From contig NMRA01000126.1 in NCBI GenBank assembly GCA_002633005.1, forward strand, positions 78,979 through 142,978: a stretch of DNA of 64,000 nucleotides. Reading direction: 5' to 3'. The position numbers were made by a program, and so were the translations under genes. The stretch comes from Phoronis australis (taxonomy: Eukaryota; Animalia; Phoronida). The notes beneath the pieces were generated by a model. It made no database searches and had not been told where the DNA came from. It saw only the letters and a program-made list of their open reading frames with translations. Of the stretch, positions 48,072-61,483 are shown piece after piece; position 1 is the stretch's first letter, and each line of letters begins with the position of its first letter.

Positions 48072-50030
48072 ACAAATGGTTGTTCAGATTCATATGAAAC
48101 TTCCACATGTGCTAAATGCAGTTTTCAAAAAAAGCTATAAGGAATTGTTTTTAAGATTTTGCACTTTTGCATGAGGTGGTACAATAGGATGAAAAATCTC
48201 AAAAGTTGCATAAAACGAAAAAGAAAATGTTTTTAGAGAATCTAGTTCAGCTTTTCTGAGATTTCACCTTAAGCCTTTGCATCAAATTAAATTTGGTCAT
48301 AAGTTGCTGTGCTATGTACCTTTCTTTTTTGGTAAATTTCACTAAAAAGATAGACACATGACCCAGACCCAATTATGACACATTTGGAAAAAAGTTAAAA
48401 ATTATCTTATTTCCCAATTTCCATACACTGCTCATTTTGCATTTAACAGGGCTTGTTTTATAAAAAAATTCGGACATGATGGATAAATTTGTTCACTTTC
48501 CCGTAATTCTTGAATTTAGGACTGCCAATGTTGAGAATTTCTTAAATTTGAGGAAAATTGTTTTGTTTGCAGTTCCAAATTGGGAGAATATTTACCATAA
48601 GCTAAATCTATACTGCAGCCTGACTTACATTACAAAAGGGTGTGCTAGGCTATATTGTGAACTATGCAAAAACATCACATTATCAAAAGTACTGGGATAT
48701 TCCTGGACTGCGTCTTTGCAACATTAGCGCATAAAAAAATAAAAAGGTACATTGCAGCAGTGCACCCCTCTGGGCGTATCTTTTAAAACACAACGCTCTT
48801 CCAAAAATGCAAGATTCTGGTCAACTTACAGGCAGTGTAATCTTATTCCACCACAACAGCACAGTCAATTTGAAGTGTTAGTCAAATTGCTTTTTTGCGT
48901 GGAATTATTAAATAAAAATGCAACTTTTTCATGAACATGACTCTGTTCTTACTTCGATTGCCCTTGGGGATTCTGTTTCATATGTTACCACTTTAATTAC
49001 GCTAAGTCTGCTGGGCACATCTTTCAAAAAAGGCACACTTTTTAACACCAGGTGAGCCCAAAGGGCACAGGTTCAAACCTGGTCAGGAATACCCCTAAAA
49101 GTAAAATATTTTTCACCATGACAATGCAGTATACAGAAGAATACTTTACAATAGTTGTTGCTGGGGAAACCCGCAACAGGAAACATCTTTTCACATTTTC
49201 ATCAACTAAGTCATAATTTATGCCCATAAGATATCACTTTGAGTGTACATACCTTTAAATGCACTGTGACACATCAAATTGATCAACAACGTAAAAAAAT
49301 GATAATTAGAGCAAATCTGGCGAGACTAAAGGATGACGCGTAATGTTTTGAGAACAACTGGTGACAGAGCAGCAAACTCACTTTGAACCAGAACTTTCAA
49401 AGGTTACAGAGAAGTGTATGATTAGTTAGCTAGGCTGTGTCTACACCAGGAGATAACCCAAAACAACTTGCCCTAGAGCAATGTGTCCTTGTTCAGCTGA
49501 GCATCCACACAACACATCCCAACACCAAGCAACACTCATGATTCAACACCCTTCTGTTGATCAAGAGCACAGTGAGTACTTAATTACTTCCACCTTGACT
49601 ACAGGTTTACATCCACACAGCGATTTGCACTGGGGCAAGATACCCTAAAACGTGTCACTCTATCTAGGCTCGCGCTAGACTTTTTAAGGTATTAGCCAAA
49701 ATAGCTAAAGGTAAAGCATCTGAAAACTTAGTCATTTTCAAAAATTATTAGCTACATACTGGCCACATGGGCAAGATATTGACCAAAAAAATTGGGCAGG
49801 GGTTCCCCGTATCTCCGGGTTACTCATTTCATTGATGCTGAACTAAAAAGTTGGGCAGGGATTCCACCTTATCCCCGGGTAACGGCGGGGAAACACTGGC
49901 CTTGTGGGCATTTTGATGAGCAAGACATTTAGGTCAAAAAACGTTAACATCAAAGTAACTTGTGGTTTGCAAAATAAAGCTAAATCGTGAATATAAAATT
50001 CATTAAGTAACAAATTGATATTTCATTTAC

Positions 50031-50450
50031 CTTGCTTTCTTTCGGCCGCCACTAAAATAGTCTTGACATTGTCACTTGCAGACAACAAGTGGCAGTACCG
50101 ACACGAGATTTCACTATGAAGCGAGAAATCGCCGTAAGCAAGAGTGCTCCCCCCAACACACACACAGCAGGACATTTCGTTGCGGTAAGAAGAATGATTT
50201 TAGAGGGAGTGACGGACATGAAATGGAACATTCGCTTGCTATTTTTAAGTCTCGAAATCGAAGTAAGAATGTCATTTGCAGCGTGACTTGATTCGAGCTG
50301 ACTGTGAGTCGACACGCGAGTAGGTTTCTCGAAATTAATTTTTATTGTCAAGTTGCAAAAGTATTCGTCAAGTTGGCAACTGAACTTAACTCTACCATCG
50401 CCAGTGCCGCTCAGAATTCGCCAATTGCAAGCTGGCAAGCGGCTGGCACA
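50031..50450 (-). promoter_or_regulatory. Probable non-coding first exon / promoter of the 7TM gene
   Basis: Strong donor CAAG|GTAAAT at 50031/50030 on the minus strand, at the switch from CpG-poor intronic to CpG-rich sequence. Confidence 0.5.
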
Positions 50451-52845
50451 ACCCTAGCGTACCTCAATAAGAAGGCGTAAGTTGTCCCCACGCAAGCAGT
50501 GCCCACATCAGTACCAAACTACTACGCTGCTAGAAATCTCGAAGTCCAACAGAAAGTGAACATAATAATTGCCTTTAAAAATATTGCATAAAGTATTTCA
50601 AAAGACTTTTACAATTGAAAGTTTAAATTCATATAGCAAACCGTTTTGGATTACCTAAAATCAAAATTATACAATTCATTATTTTCATTATAATGTCTAT
50701 TTCCATGTGTGAACAGGATTCTTTCACTTAACATTATATACAATATACATTACAACCAGATAAGTGCAATAAAATACGATAAGCAGAAAAATAAATGTAA
50801 GTATTATTTAGCCAACACATAAAATTGTGGCCAGTCACCTTGCGTCATAATTTTTAAGCCCAACTCACATTTCAGTCAAATAGCAACATATTTCTTGGAA
50901 TAAAACTATTCACCAAAACACACAGCAATATTGCCATATATTATTTCCCACCCATGGCCTCAACAGAAGGCCACCATGAGATCACAGACTGTTTATCAAC
51001 AGAGACACATTCCTCTGGAAAGATGCCAAATTGTCTACCACTCAATGAATGGTAATCAAACTCGGTTGGTCAACTGCGAATTTGACTTGTGCTCAGAGAA
51101 AATGACAAATAACCCTTATCTTTGCACGTGTGTATTGCCTGCCACAATAATATAAAATATGATATTTATCCCACATACACTTTCAGAGCTTATTTTGAAA
51201 ACGACATGTTTGGTTGCGTGGATCACGGTTATAAGTGAACTGAAGGGGAGTGACTGAACGACAAGCCTGGCGCAGGCGAGAACGTACGATTCAAGATACA
51301 ACATAAACATATTGAACACGAAACTGATAAATTCAATGATAATACAGGTGAAAACCACGTCGGACAAATTACACTACACCGAGGTCAGTTATATCCTAAA
51401 GCAGCTTCAAAGAGTACCATCAACTATCAAGTTAGCTCACACAAAATCACCAAGAACGCGGGAAACGGAAGAACACAAACAGCCGCCATTTGACGCCAAG
51501 GCACAATCTAATATGTGAGATATCTTATTTTATCCAAAAAAACAATGCTTTCAATTTCCAAGGTAATCACTGGCTAATGAAACGGCCACGTACCTCATGA
51601 AACAAACTATAAACGAAGCTGAAGGGTGGAAACCCGAGATCAAAAGTCCACGCTCTGTTGACGCGCTGAAAGCATATGCTTTTTAGAGCTATCAATAGAC
51701 GGCGTTACAGCACTTGCATAACATTAGGGAAAACAGAACGAGGAAGCTCCACTTTGAATTTTTAATGTGGCAGCCATTTTGATTTTCATTGGCTAGCGCG
51801 ATCCTAGTGGCTGGCTATGCGGTTACAGTTACTGAGCCGACACTCGAGGTTATTTCACAAACGTCGATGTGGTGACAAAGGAAGAGTAGCACTGAAGGTA
51901 GAAATCGACAATTGCATATTATATACAGAAATAGAGCTAAGCAAAGAAACTATTCATGAAACATGACATACGACCATAAAGGCATCGGATACTTAACATT
52001 ATGACAGGGATAAGACTAATACCAGAGTAATATATTAGAGACAGTGATATAAATACAACTTCAACTATAACCCATGCATTATACATAAGAATACACAAAA
52101 ATAGAAATCAGTAGAAGGAGGAAGGCATCCACTTAGTGGTAATGCCTCCCTCAGGTAGAAGCAACTTCCGAAGGTCCACTACTCCGAAAAAACATTACTA
52201 CGAAATGCTTTTTTAATTTTTTTTACTCAACCTTCATCAATTTTCTCCCAATTACATGTACAGGTTATTAATTTATTACTCATTATCAAATGCCCGACAA
52301 AAAATTAAATTTGGACAATGAAGTCCACTGACTTGTTTCTGCCGTTTCTACTAGCTGTCTTTTGTAGTTAGCGGCTCTCATATCATATCTTTGAAGTTTG
52401 CTTGACCAGAAGAAAATGTATCATATCGATATTATAAAAATGAACCAAAGGCATTCATACTTAGAGAAGGCGTGAATTTCTTCAGATTAGTGGGGTTTCG
52501 GGGTAGATTTTTTTCCGGAGTCACGGGGTTTCGGAATGCCTTGGGAGTAGTGGGATGTAACCTGATTTCATAACTTAGGACTACACTCTTTCCCCGCAGT
52601 ACTACGATTTCATACAGGTGTTATAATGGTAACGCTTTGACTCAGGGTAATCTTCGGATTTGTGGACCTCAATGAACTCGACATAGGCCCATAGGCGAAA
52701 ACGCAAAATGAACTAGCTTTGGACGATTCCCGATAATCACTTGACCCTTATTACGAAAAAACATCGAGTATCCGTTCAATTTGTTGCGTCTAGTCGAATA
52801 TGATATTTTCTCGCAGTGGTGAAGAAGGACCATAGAACTCTAGCA

Positions 52846-53929
52846 GCCGATTTAAGGGTGGTTTAACAAAACCAGGTTCAGACTTAAACCTGGTCTTCCT
52901 AAACCTGGTCTAATTTTAGACCTAACTTGCATTTCACCAACGTGGTTTTAAATGCCTGAAAGCCTAGTTTTGTTAGACCAGGGAGCGGGTTTAGTAAAAC
53001 CAGGTTTAAAGTATCTAAGCCCGCGCACCCTGTTGTGTCGATCTCGATGAACCCAACAAAGAAACTACTACTACTATTGAAGTGCTCCGATGAAACTTTG
53101 ATCACGTCGGTTACAATGGCACACACTAATAGAACCAGTGCAGACATTTGCGAAAAAGGTCTAAAAGCTTTTCTCATGAAGATAAATGTAATGTCTGTAC
53201 CCAACACACGTACACACATTTAAGTACATGCTCACGAGTAGTCGCTAGTACATGATGTCCAAATTTATTTCCGTGCCATTTTAGGGTTTATTTTTCGCGG
53301 CCAAAGGGGGGGGCAAGACCCTTTCCTGTCAACATTAAATCAGAAGTCACTGGAGGTGGATCTCAGAAGAATCAGCGCTAACGAATATGACGCCCTGCTC
53401 GACCAGTCCTATTCCGAGGAATTTGCAGGATCATGTAGCACGTACTTTTCTACACATAGGCGGATCCCCCTTTTCTCTCGATTTTAGTGATGTCAAATCT
53501 ATAATTTTNNNNNNCCCCCCCCCCCCCCCCTTAAAAATTGTGAAGCCGATCCTGCTACGTTTGGTCTTGTGACGTCGTATAACTGACTATTGAAAATAGT
53601 CCATTTTCACTCTAAAACTGCGTCGTAAATGCACACCGCGGCATCCTTTTTTCAGTTGCACTTATATCACGCAAGTCTGTCAAATTTAACAGTTAAACCT
53701 GGGTCTGACCAAGTCTAAAGTTAAAGCTGCATTAAGTTCTTAAAATACATGGCTAAAGAATAAAGACTTCGTTGGTAAACTGACACAGACCATGTCTAAA
53801 CTGGGGTTAAACCAGGTTTTACTAGACCACTGGTCTAAGCCACCTTTATAAAATGCAGATTATCTTTAAACCTAGTCCAAGTCCAGTTTAAACCAGGTTT
53901 AACTTTAAACCACCTTTATGAAATCGGCC
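52846..53929. mobile_element. ~1.1-kb non-autonomous TIR element (Harbinger-like) with AAACCTGGT subrepeats and probable nested insertion
   Basis: Left gccgatttaagggtggtttaa versus reverse complement of the right end ggccgatttcataaaggtggtttaa. Many aaacc(a/t)ggt units at both ends; a GC-rich insert with an N run at ~53300-53560. Confidence 0.7.
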
Positions 53930-54524
53930 GTAGGAGTTCTACGATACGACAGAGTTCTACTGGTCGACCTCATTCATGTACACTAACAACCTACCATCTG
54001 CTACCAACACGAATGTGCTCATGGCGCACACACATTTACTCCCATAGCTGTTTAAATCAGAATTCAACAATAACTAAACCAGTGTATTTTATTTTACATA
54101 ATTTAGCTTAAAAACTAAATTATTTTAGATATCCGAAAATAAATTTTCATTGAACGTATTAAAAGATAAAATGCGTATTATGTAAGCTGTAAAAGCAAAA
54201 GATAATTATATGGAACACTTAGCACTACACTTCAAACACCTTGACCCATCCAATTAAAAAGTCTATGATAAAATATTCACAACACGGAAACGGTAAATTT
54301 TTAGGAATTGAAGGCATTTATAAGTATTTTTTATTTCTCATCTTTCGTTTTACATTAGGTCAGTGAAAAGTAATCAACTAAGCTTCATAATTTGATTGTA
54401 CTAAAGCGATATGTATCATGGGCGGCCGTCAAGGGGGAGCCTGGCCCTGGCATCCCAATTTTCAAAACCTTATTAAATTAGTCTTCCTAAAACCTCTCTG
54501 AGGTGGTGGCGTGTTACAACTACT

Positions 54525-54676
54525 ATTAAAATCTCTTGGTCTATTTATACCGACCTCTTGTCTATTTACACTGTTACGCAGGAACACCTGACGATGGAAG
54601 GAGAATAGACCGACCGAAACGTCGTGGCAGTGTAAATAGACAAGAGGTCAGTGTAAATAAACCAAGAGATTTTAAT
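54525..54676 (+). mobile_element. Penelope-like pLTR relic: ~49-bp inverted arms enclosing a hammerhead ribozyme
   Basis: attaaaatctcttggtctatttataccgacctcttgtctatttacactg pairs with cagtgtaaatagacaagaggtcagtgtaaataaaccaagagattttaat. Confidence 0.7.
54585..54626 (+). ncRNA. Minimal type-I hammerhead ribozyme (Penelope type)
   Basis: cac-CTGACGA (54588-54594)-T-GGAAGG agaataga CCGACC-GAAA (54616-54619)-CGTC-gtg. Stem I cac/gtg, imperfect stem II, palindromic ACGT stem III; predicted cleavage after C54623. Confidence 0.7.
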
Positions 54677-57281
54677 TATACTTGTTAAATTTCCTTAGAA
54701 TTAAACAAGCAATGAACATACGAAAAGCATGTAAGAAAATCATACTCCAAGCATATTTTTAAATCCTGGCTTCAAGATTAATGAAGTTGAACTGGGTAAC
54801 TGTATGTTATCTATGTTTTTATTGCTTGTGGTAGTGGTCGGTAGTAAGTTTCTTGTCTATTCAAAGCGACAATCGCATAATATTCACTATTTGAGAACCA
54901 GTCTTCCCAAATTTTTGTTTTTAAATGCTCATGTTTGGCTTAACGACCAACTCCTGATTATTGTATTCCCTACGAACAAGGTAATTCGGATCCCGAGAAA
55001 AGCTAGTAGCCTTTCAGTTTTCCAGCATTGTATGAAATCTGGAGTGTCAGTGACTTTTTTTGAAAACGGGCCAAGTTCAACTTTCTTTCGTTATTCTTGT
55101 CCTACTGCACTGTTAAGAAATGACTGAGCAGAATTTAGTGTATTACTGAAATGCAACAAGATCACAGCATTCCCGAAGAATCCTGGAACTTTTCAGGACA
55201 AATTATGCACACCTCATTATCCATGGTACATTACATGCTCACCACCAAAGTGCTGTGCTCACCTTTATCTGGATATGGCAATTGGTTTCTGCCACAATGA
55301 ATATCTAAAACACACTACCTGCAACATCTCCATACATACACGATCGCACTACAAACGTCCAAAATGAAAAAGGCCCAGTGTGAGGTCCCGTTTGCATTCT
55401 TTTCTTTAAGAATTAAAAAAGTGCCAAAATAATTCATTCCCACTTTCAGAGTTAAAAATCGTACCCCTTCTATTAAAACAACTAGGTTATATAATTAGTT
55501 TTATGACTGGCCAGTCAGTCGGATACACAAACTCAATAACAGAGCTAGTTAAATATGCTCATATTGCCCCTGTGTGCCTATCTCCCATGTTCTCTTTGAC
55601 CAGTGCAGACCTTTGGGGGTTACCTCCACCAGTAGTGGTAGGAATGATTAACAACAGTGTTTCCAACATATTTGTTATTTTTCAAAACCAGTAATGTCAC
55701 AATGTTATAATGCAATAAACATAGACAAGAGTCACATTGTGCAGGAAGGGCCATCCAATTTGTTACATTTGTTCAGTGCACACTGGACACCCTACACAAT
55801 TTCTTACTATTAATAAAAGAAACAAATACAGTGAAAAATTTTCCACAAATTTCCATCAACATCTCAAAACCCAGAAAGGAAGGAATTACTCCTTCACATT
55901 GACACGATTGTCAGTTGAGCTTGTCCCACTGGGCTCGAATCTCTAAATAAAAATCATCTGAATATGCGAAGTTTGTTTTCATAATTATTGTGTGGTTTAA
56001 CCAACCCTCAATTTTATTTTGTTTGATATGACAAGTTACTGTTGACCTTTTAACCTATAACGTAAAATGTTGTATACGCAAATGATTGTAGGATATCCGT
56101 CATCCTAAGTAACACAGCCAGCAGAGGTAGAGATAATAATCCTCAGATACCACTCATAGCAGATACACTGTATAAGTAAATGAAACAGACTATATCCAAT
56201 GTCGACTGCAGTCTTACTAAAAAGATGACATCCCACATGCTGAAAGACTGACAGTACGTGCCATTACAAACGATCAGCATAGTACAGCCTGATTCACTAA
56301 CAATAGTACCAGATATTGAAGCACAGCTTACAAAACAACAAGAGGAATTAAAAAAGAATACAGGTAGTTGGACACATTTAGGCCACTAAGGGCCACCGTG
56401 TAAAGTGCAGACAGGGCTAATTAGATAAAGCCAAAAATGCAAACTTCTAACTGGAAAAATGCAATGAATCTTTTTGTTGAAGCAATGAATAACCTCCACT
56501 TCGTACAAGGTTTCATCAATGACCTATTTACGGATAACGACAACAGAGGCATGCATCTCGTAGAGCATGGAGTCAATCAATCCAGACTCAAGGAACAAAA
56601 CAAATGATTTCAAAAGAGGGTACTGCATGCAGCATTAATAATTTTAAAAAAACAGATGACAAACAATTCTCATTCTTATGCTGGAGTAGTGTTTAAAGAA
56701 GTTGACAAAATATTATCAAAATATTAGGAAAATAGAAAAACTTAATTTGATTTTCAAATGATTAGGCCTTATTTTTGGTCTTATTTCCATCTTCATTTCA
56801 ATGGAACTTGTCATCTTTTTTGACAATTACACATCACTCTTTTGGTAAGCCTAAGCACTCCGTAGACCTTAATGATGCTATATCTAATCCATACCTAACA
56901 CCTCACGAGCAATGCTAGGTTTCATTGAGGCATTTGTGGTATAATCAACCTCAGTATTAACCAGACAACAAACAAACGCCATTGTACCTTCGACGACCTC
57001 TTACTGTTTGATGGTTCAAAACAAAAATGAACCAAAGCCAAATTTAAGGCACCTCTAGCATAAGCAACATAATGCTGTATAAACCCTACAGATACATGAT
57101 GCCTTCTTGAATCTGTAGCATTCCAAACACAAGACAAAGCTTCTTCCAACTCATCATTGCTCATGTAACATATACACATATGATGCTCCATAGTGACAAG
57201 TTGCTGTATAATTCTTCTCTGAACTTGAACACAATGGATCCTCCGTGGAGACATGACTCAAGTGCTGACGATCCATGGTTG

Positions 57282-60178
57282 TCACACAATATTAGGTTCC
57301 TTTACCAACATGTCATCAACACAGATGGAAACAATATGTCTTCCCGGTACCATCGCTAACCCAAGAACTCTTGGCTCCTCTTTCACTGGCATGTCTGGAA
57401 ATAAACAAGTACATGCTTAATAATAATTTCTACACGGCAAGGTTCTCTGTCGCACCATAAAGTCCAAGGATACTCCAATAAAGCAAGATGTTCTGCTCTT
57501 AGAGTCCACAACCCTAAGTTACTTGCTTCATTTTTAGTCAAAAATCCCTCTGTTAAGTTAAATTTAGGCAAAAAAAAACATGATAGACAAGACGAGGTAA
57601 TCACAGACATCAATATCCTCTGCCGGAAATTTGTAGAAGTTGTGCACACAAGAGCATTTCACTACATTCGTGGGTGAAAATCAAGAATGGGACATAACAC
57701 TTTATAATGACAAAATCCCTAAGACGTAGGAGATGCATACATAAGGAAGTTTCAGGAATGGGCCATAATTCAAGAAAATGCAGTCCAAAGACAAAACACT
57801 AATAAATGATATCTGCTAGGCCACTTCATGGCAAAACGTTCCTTGAACTTCACTCAAAATCCAGTAAAACATGAAGGAATTGTACACAGAAGAACGTTTC
57901 CCTTCATGCATGCGTGAAAATCCAAATGACCCATGACAAGTAAATACGGTCCAATCACAAAACGCTGATGACATAGGTTATGGCACTTTGTAAGTACTAA
58001 TAGTTTTTTGAAAGTTTGGTTGACACCCAATGAGAAATGTAGGAGTTGTGCAGAAAATAACGTTTCCATACGTTGACACGTGAAAATCAAGTACAGGCCA
58101 TAAGTGTCAACTAGAAGCAGATGTCACTCAGGGAACACAAATGATGAAGCTGGGTCGTGCGGGTGAAAAACGTGCAAAATTTTATCTCATGTTACATAAT
58201 ATATTAGGCAATTCATTAGAGTAAACAGTAACATATCTATTAACTTTACTTCGGTCTTTGTGACATTGTAACAAATTCTTCAATTCTTATTTTAAAAAGT
58301 GAGATCTTTGAAAATACTACCTTTTTCTAATTAAAAGGAATCTCAATAAATAAGAGTAATACCCAAGAGCTACCAATTGTATCAAATACTAGGGCTTCGA
58401 AACAGCTGACAGTTCATTGATTTCAATCTTCAGGCCAAGCTGATAAAACTTCATGTCACACTGAACAGTCATCTAAAATAACAAATTGTCAGTACTTTTC
58501 GAGACCAGAGACAACATGTAAACTGAGTAAAAAGCAAGACGACCCTTTTATAACAGGAAGTGCGCTATATCAGAACTTTCCATCCATGACTCATGGCAAA
58601 TTTATACGAACCTAATTTCTCATGAAATTCAAGTTAGGTAAAAGTATGACAATGTCAAATATAGCATTCCGTAGTGCATGTAGATCTCATTAACACCCAG
58701 GATGCCTATCCAAATGTTTCAGGAGCTTGTTCTAAAAGTATTAGGCTCTACATGCATCTTATGCGCACAGAAAATCACTATGTTTTTTGCAATCTGTTTT
58801 CAAGTTTAAGGACACAATTTCGAACTGTCAGCCCATCACAATTTCAAAAGTGAGTTTTAACAGTACAAAATAACCTAAGAGCTACAGACTATGTAGGTGA
58901 ATAGTTTTCAAGACATGAGCGCTTAAAGCTCATCGGGTAAACTAAGTCGTAAACTGTTTATCAGCTGACCATTCATCAACAAAACAGAGTTGCGTAGACC
59001 TTGTTGTGTCTAACAATTCTGCCAATTTTGAAGAGAATTTGAGACATGATGGATGTTTTAAAAATGCGACACATGTAACCTTTTAGCACCTCATTAAAGC
59101 CAAAGTTAAACAAAACAAATTTCATTTCTAAACTAACCTGGACAGCTAAGATATTCTGAGCACGATCCCAGAATTACATTCTTGTCTTTATCGGTGCACA
59201 GAAATACACCTGAAAATAAAAACAGACTGAAGTACATGTCAATGATTACATTGTATTTGTAGTGCACATATGAATGCATTTAAGTAGTCAAAATAGTTTT
59301 TGGGAGGTTTGAAAGCTTATCATTATATGAATATTAAAAACTTTCCATGTTGTATTTACATCAAATATGATTGTAAGTTACACAATACATGAATGGGGGG
59401 AACACTTAATCCAAAAAACTCTTGAAAGTTCTAAGGGCAGTATACATTTTAAAGTTTCTGACAAAATAAGCAAAACAAATTTCGTCAATATTACACCACC
59501 CAGCAATGTTTTTCAGTTGGTAATACATGAATACAAACCACAAATTCAAGTAAATACAAGTAACAGGACTCGAATTGGTGACCTCAGATTTTGCTTGGCA
59601 ACCTGGTAAAAATCTCAGGTCGCCATGCCACATCTGAGCCCACACTCAAAATATCATAGTAAATAAGGAGACAATGTAAAAAATTGTTAGGTAAAAATTG
59701 GAAGGGTCTAATTGTGTGTTTGTGTTTCAGGTGAGTCTGTAGATGGGGAATTGGGGATATTGGGCCCAAGAAGGAGAAATAGGTCATCACTGAGCATGCC
59801 AGATGCTCTAATTTTTTGTTGAGGCAAAAAACGCTGACTGGGCAATCTCGGATGTTCTGGCTTTCATTTGCTGAGTTCATCACTCATTCAATTCAAGTAT
59901 TTAGTTTACTTCATTTTCAACTCTTGCAAATGAGATTTAGCGACCTCAGTTCCTTTTCGGCACCCTGGCAATTTTACCATGTCACATTTTGCGAGTTGAC
60001 ATTATTGTAAGCACCAAGCCCTGTATAGTACGACATCATCCTGCACACGAAAATGCAAGTGAAACTATGTTTCCTCACCTATGAGAAACCTTCCATCTGT
60101 CATTTCAATCTTCATACTTTTATTGAGCCAAGAACGCAACTGGAGCCTACCAGGTGTCTCTGTTTGTTGCTCTGTCAT
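57282..60178 (-). CDS. NAA38: N-alpha-acetyltransferase 38, NatC auxiliary subunit (Sm-like/LSMD1), ~94 aa
   Basis: Exons 60178-60079 (MTEQQ...LRSWLNKSMKIEMTDGRFLI; exon acceptor at 60193), 59209-59138 (GVFLCTDKDKNVILGSCSEYL), 57394-57282 (EEPRVLGLAMVPGRHIVSI...stop). GT-AG, phases match. The start could lie in an upstream exon (candidate donor at 62984). Confidence 0.94.
57700..59050 (-). mobile_element. Heavily decayed CR1-group LINE reverse-transcriptase relic in NAA38 intron
   Basis: Broken minus-strand peptides resembling RT motifs: AIFDIV (cf. AFDTV), QFVILDDCS..HEVLS (cf. QFV....S...V.SGVPQG), LMYASP. Many stops and frameshifts. Confidence 0.35.
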
Positions 60179-61483
60179 CTCAGTCGCAACAGTCTACAAG
60201 GAAAGTCATCATTTCTGTTACTGTCGCTGGTATACAGTACTAGTGCCCTAACACGCCATTAGCCAGTCAGACCATGAACAAGTCGTGGGTTTCGAGACGA
60301 CTCTTACAAGTGATGATGAAAACATTTTGGCTGAGTTTTAGATCTTAAAATATACAACAGCTGGGTGTTTTTTTTACAAAGAAATCATCAGTAGACAGAA
60401 GAACCAGTTAGACTAGGAAGTGTCAAGATAATGATAAGAATCAAGAGGAGACTGCGACACTAATTACTTGGTGTTTACAAAGATGCATCTCTTAGGGCAT
60501 TGCTTCTTGATGAGTACACTTCAATTCAAAGATTAAACTGCTTGTTCTTCTCAGTTAACAGATATAAATTTGATGGTCATTCTTCGGGAATAACATGGCA
60601 AAAACAAATGTCCCCTTCTCTTAGAAGCTATTTTATTTCCAAAGGTTACGGAATATGCAGCCTCTCAAGCTTTACCATTTTGACAACAGTATGCATAGTG
60701 CAAATTATTCTTTTGGCTGGTGATCTGCCAGAATTCACTAGTGCTCAAAACGTGGCACCTCTCGTGCCTGGACAAAATGGCATCACTGACGAATGAAGAA
60801 ATGCATGTATTGTTAAGAAATCTTAATTACAGAAGTATTTGTTTCAGCGGGAAGGATTCAAAGATATCGATGACCTCCAAAGGTGCCCTTCTATGCTCAC
60901 AAAGTACTTATAACAATGCGACCATAACGGTTTAGCCAGTGTGAGGCATAATTTGCTGAAAAACGTCCTATAGCAGCCCCGCACTGGTTCGATATAGTGG
61001 TCCCTAATTTAGAGAACCAGGCAATCACTGAATAACAAGCGTGTTACTAAAAGGGTCCATTTTAAAAACTTCCCGTCTTCGCTATACAACTTTGCGAGAG
61101 AATTGATTTGGTCAATAGTGAATTTAGGCTAAAAAACCAAAAGGACATTTCAAAAAAAGTTCTGGGATGTTTGTTACGTGGAGATGATTGTTGTTTATTA
61201 TCTAATATGGTTGATGATTTACAATAATTTAAGACTAATGAATTCAGGAGGAGCTACAAAGAGATATCAGTCTGTCAAACTGAGTCGGCCTGGTCAATTT
61301 AAATCAATTCCCGTGGTCATTCCTAATAATTTTTGGCACTATATTTACATTTGAATTTCTCTGATTGAATGCTTTTCTCCAAAAGGAAGAATTTGTTCAA
61401 AACAAGGTATTTTTTCTCTCAATCAGAAATTCACCAGATCGATCAGGAGAAATTTTCACAATTTAAAAACCTGCTTTAGTAGC

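Noticed and set aside
57282-57394. LGLAMVPGRH initially read as a LINE C-terminal motif
   Set aside because: It is the last coding exon of NAA38, with clean splice site and phase.
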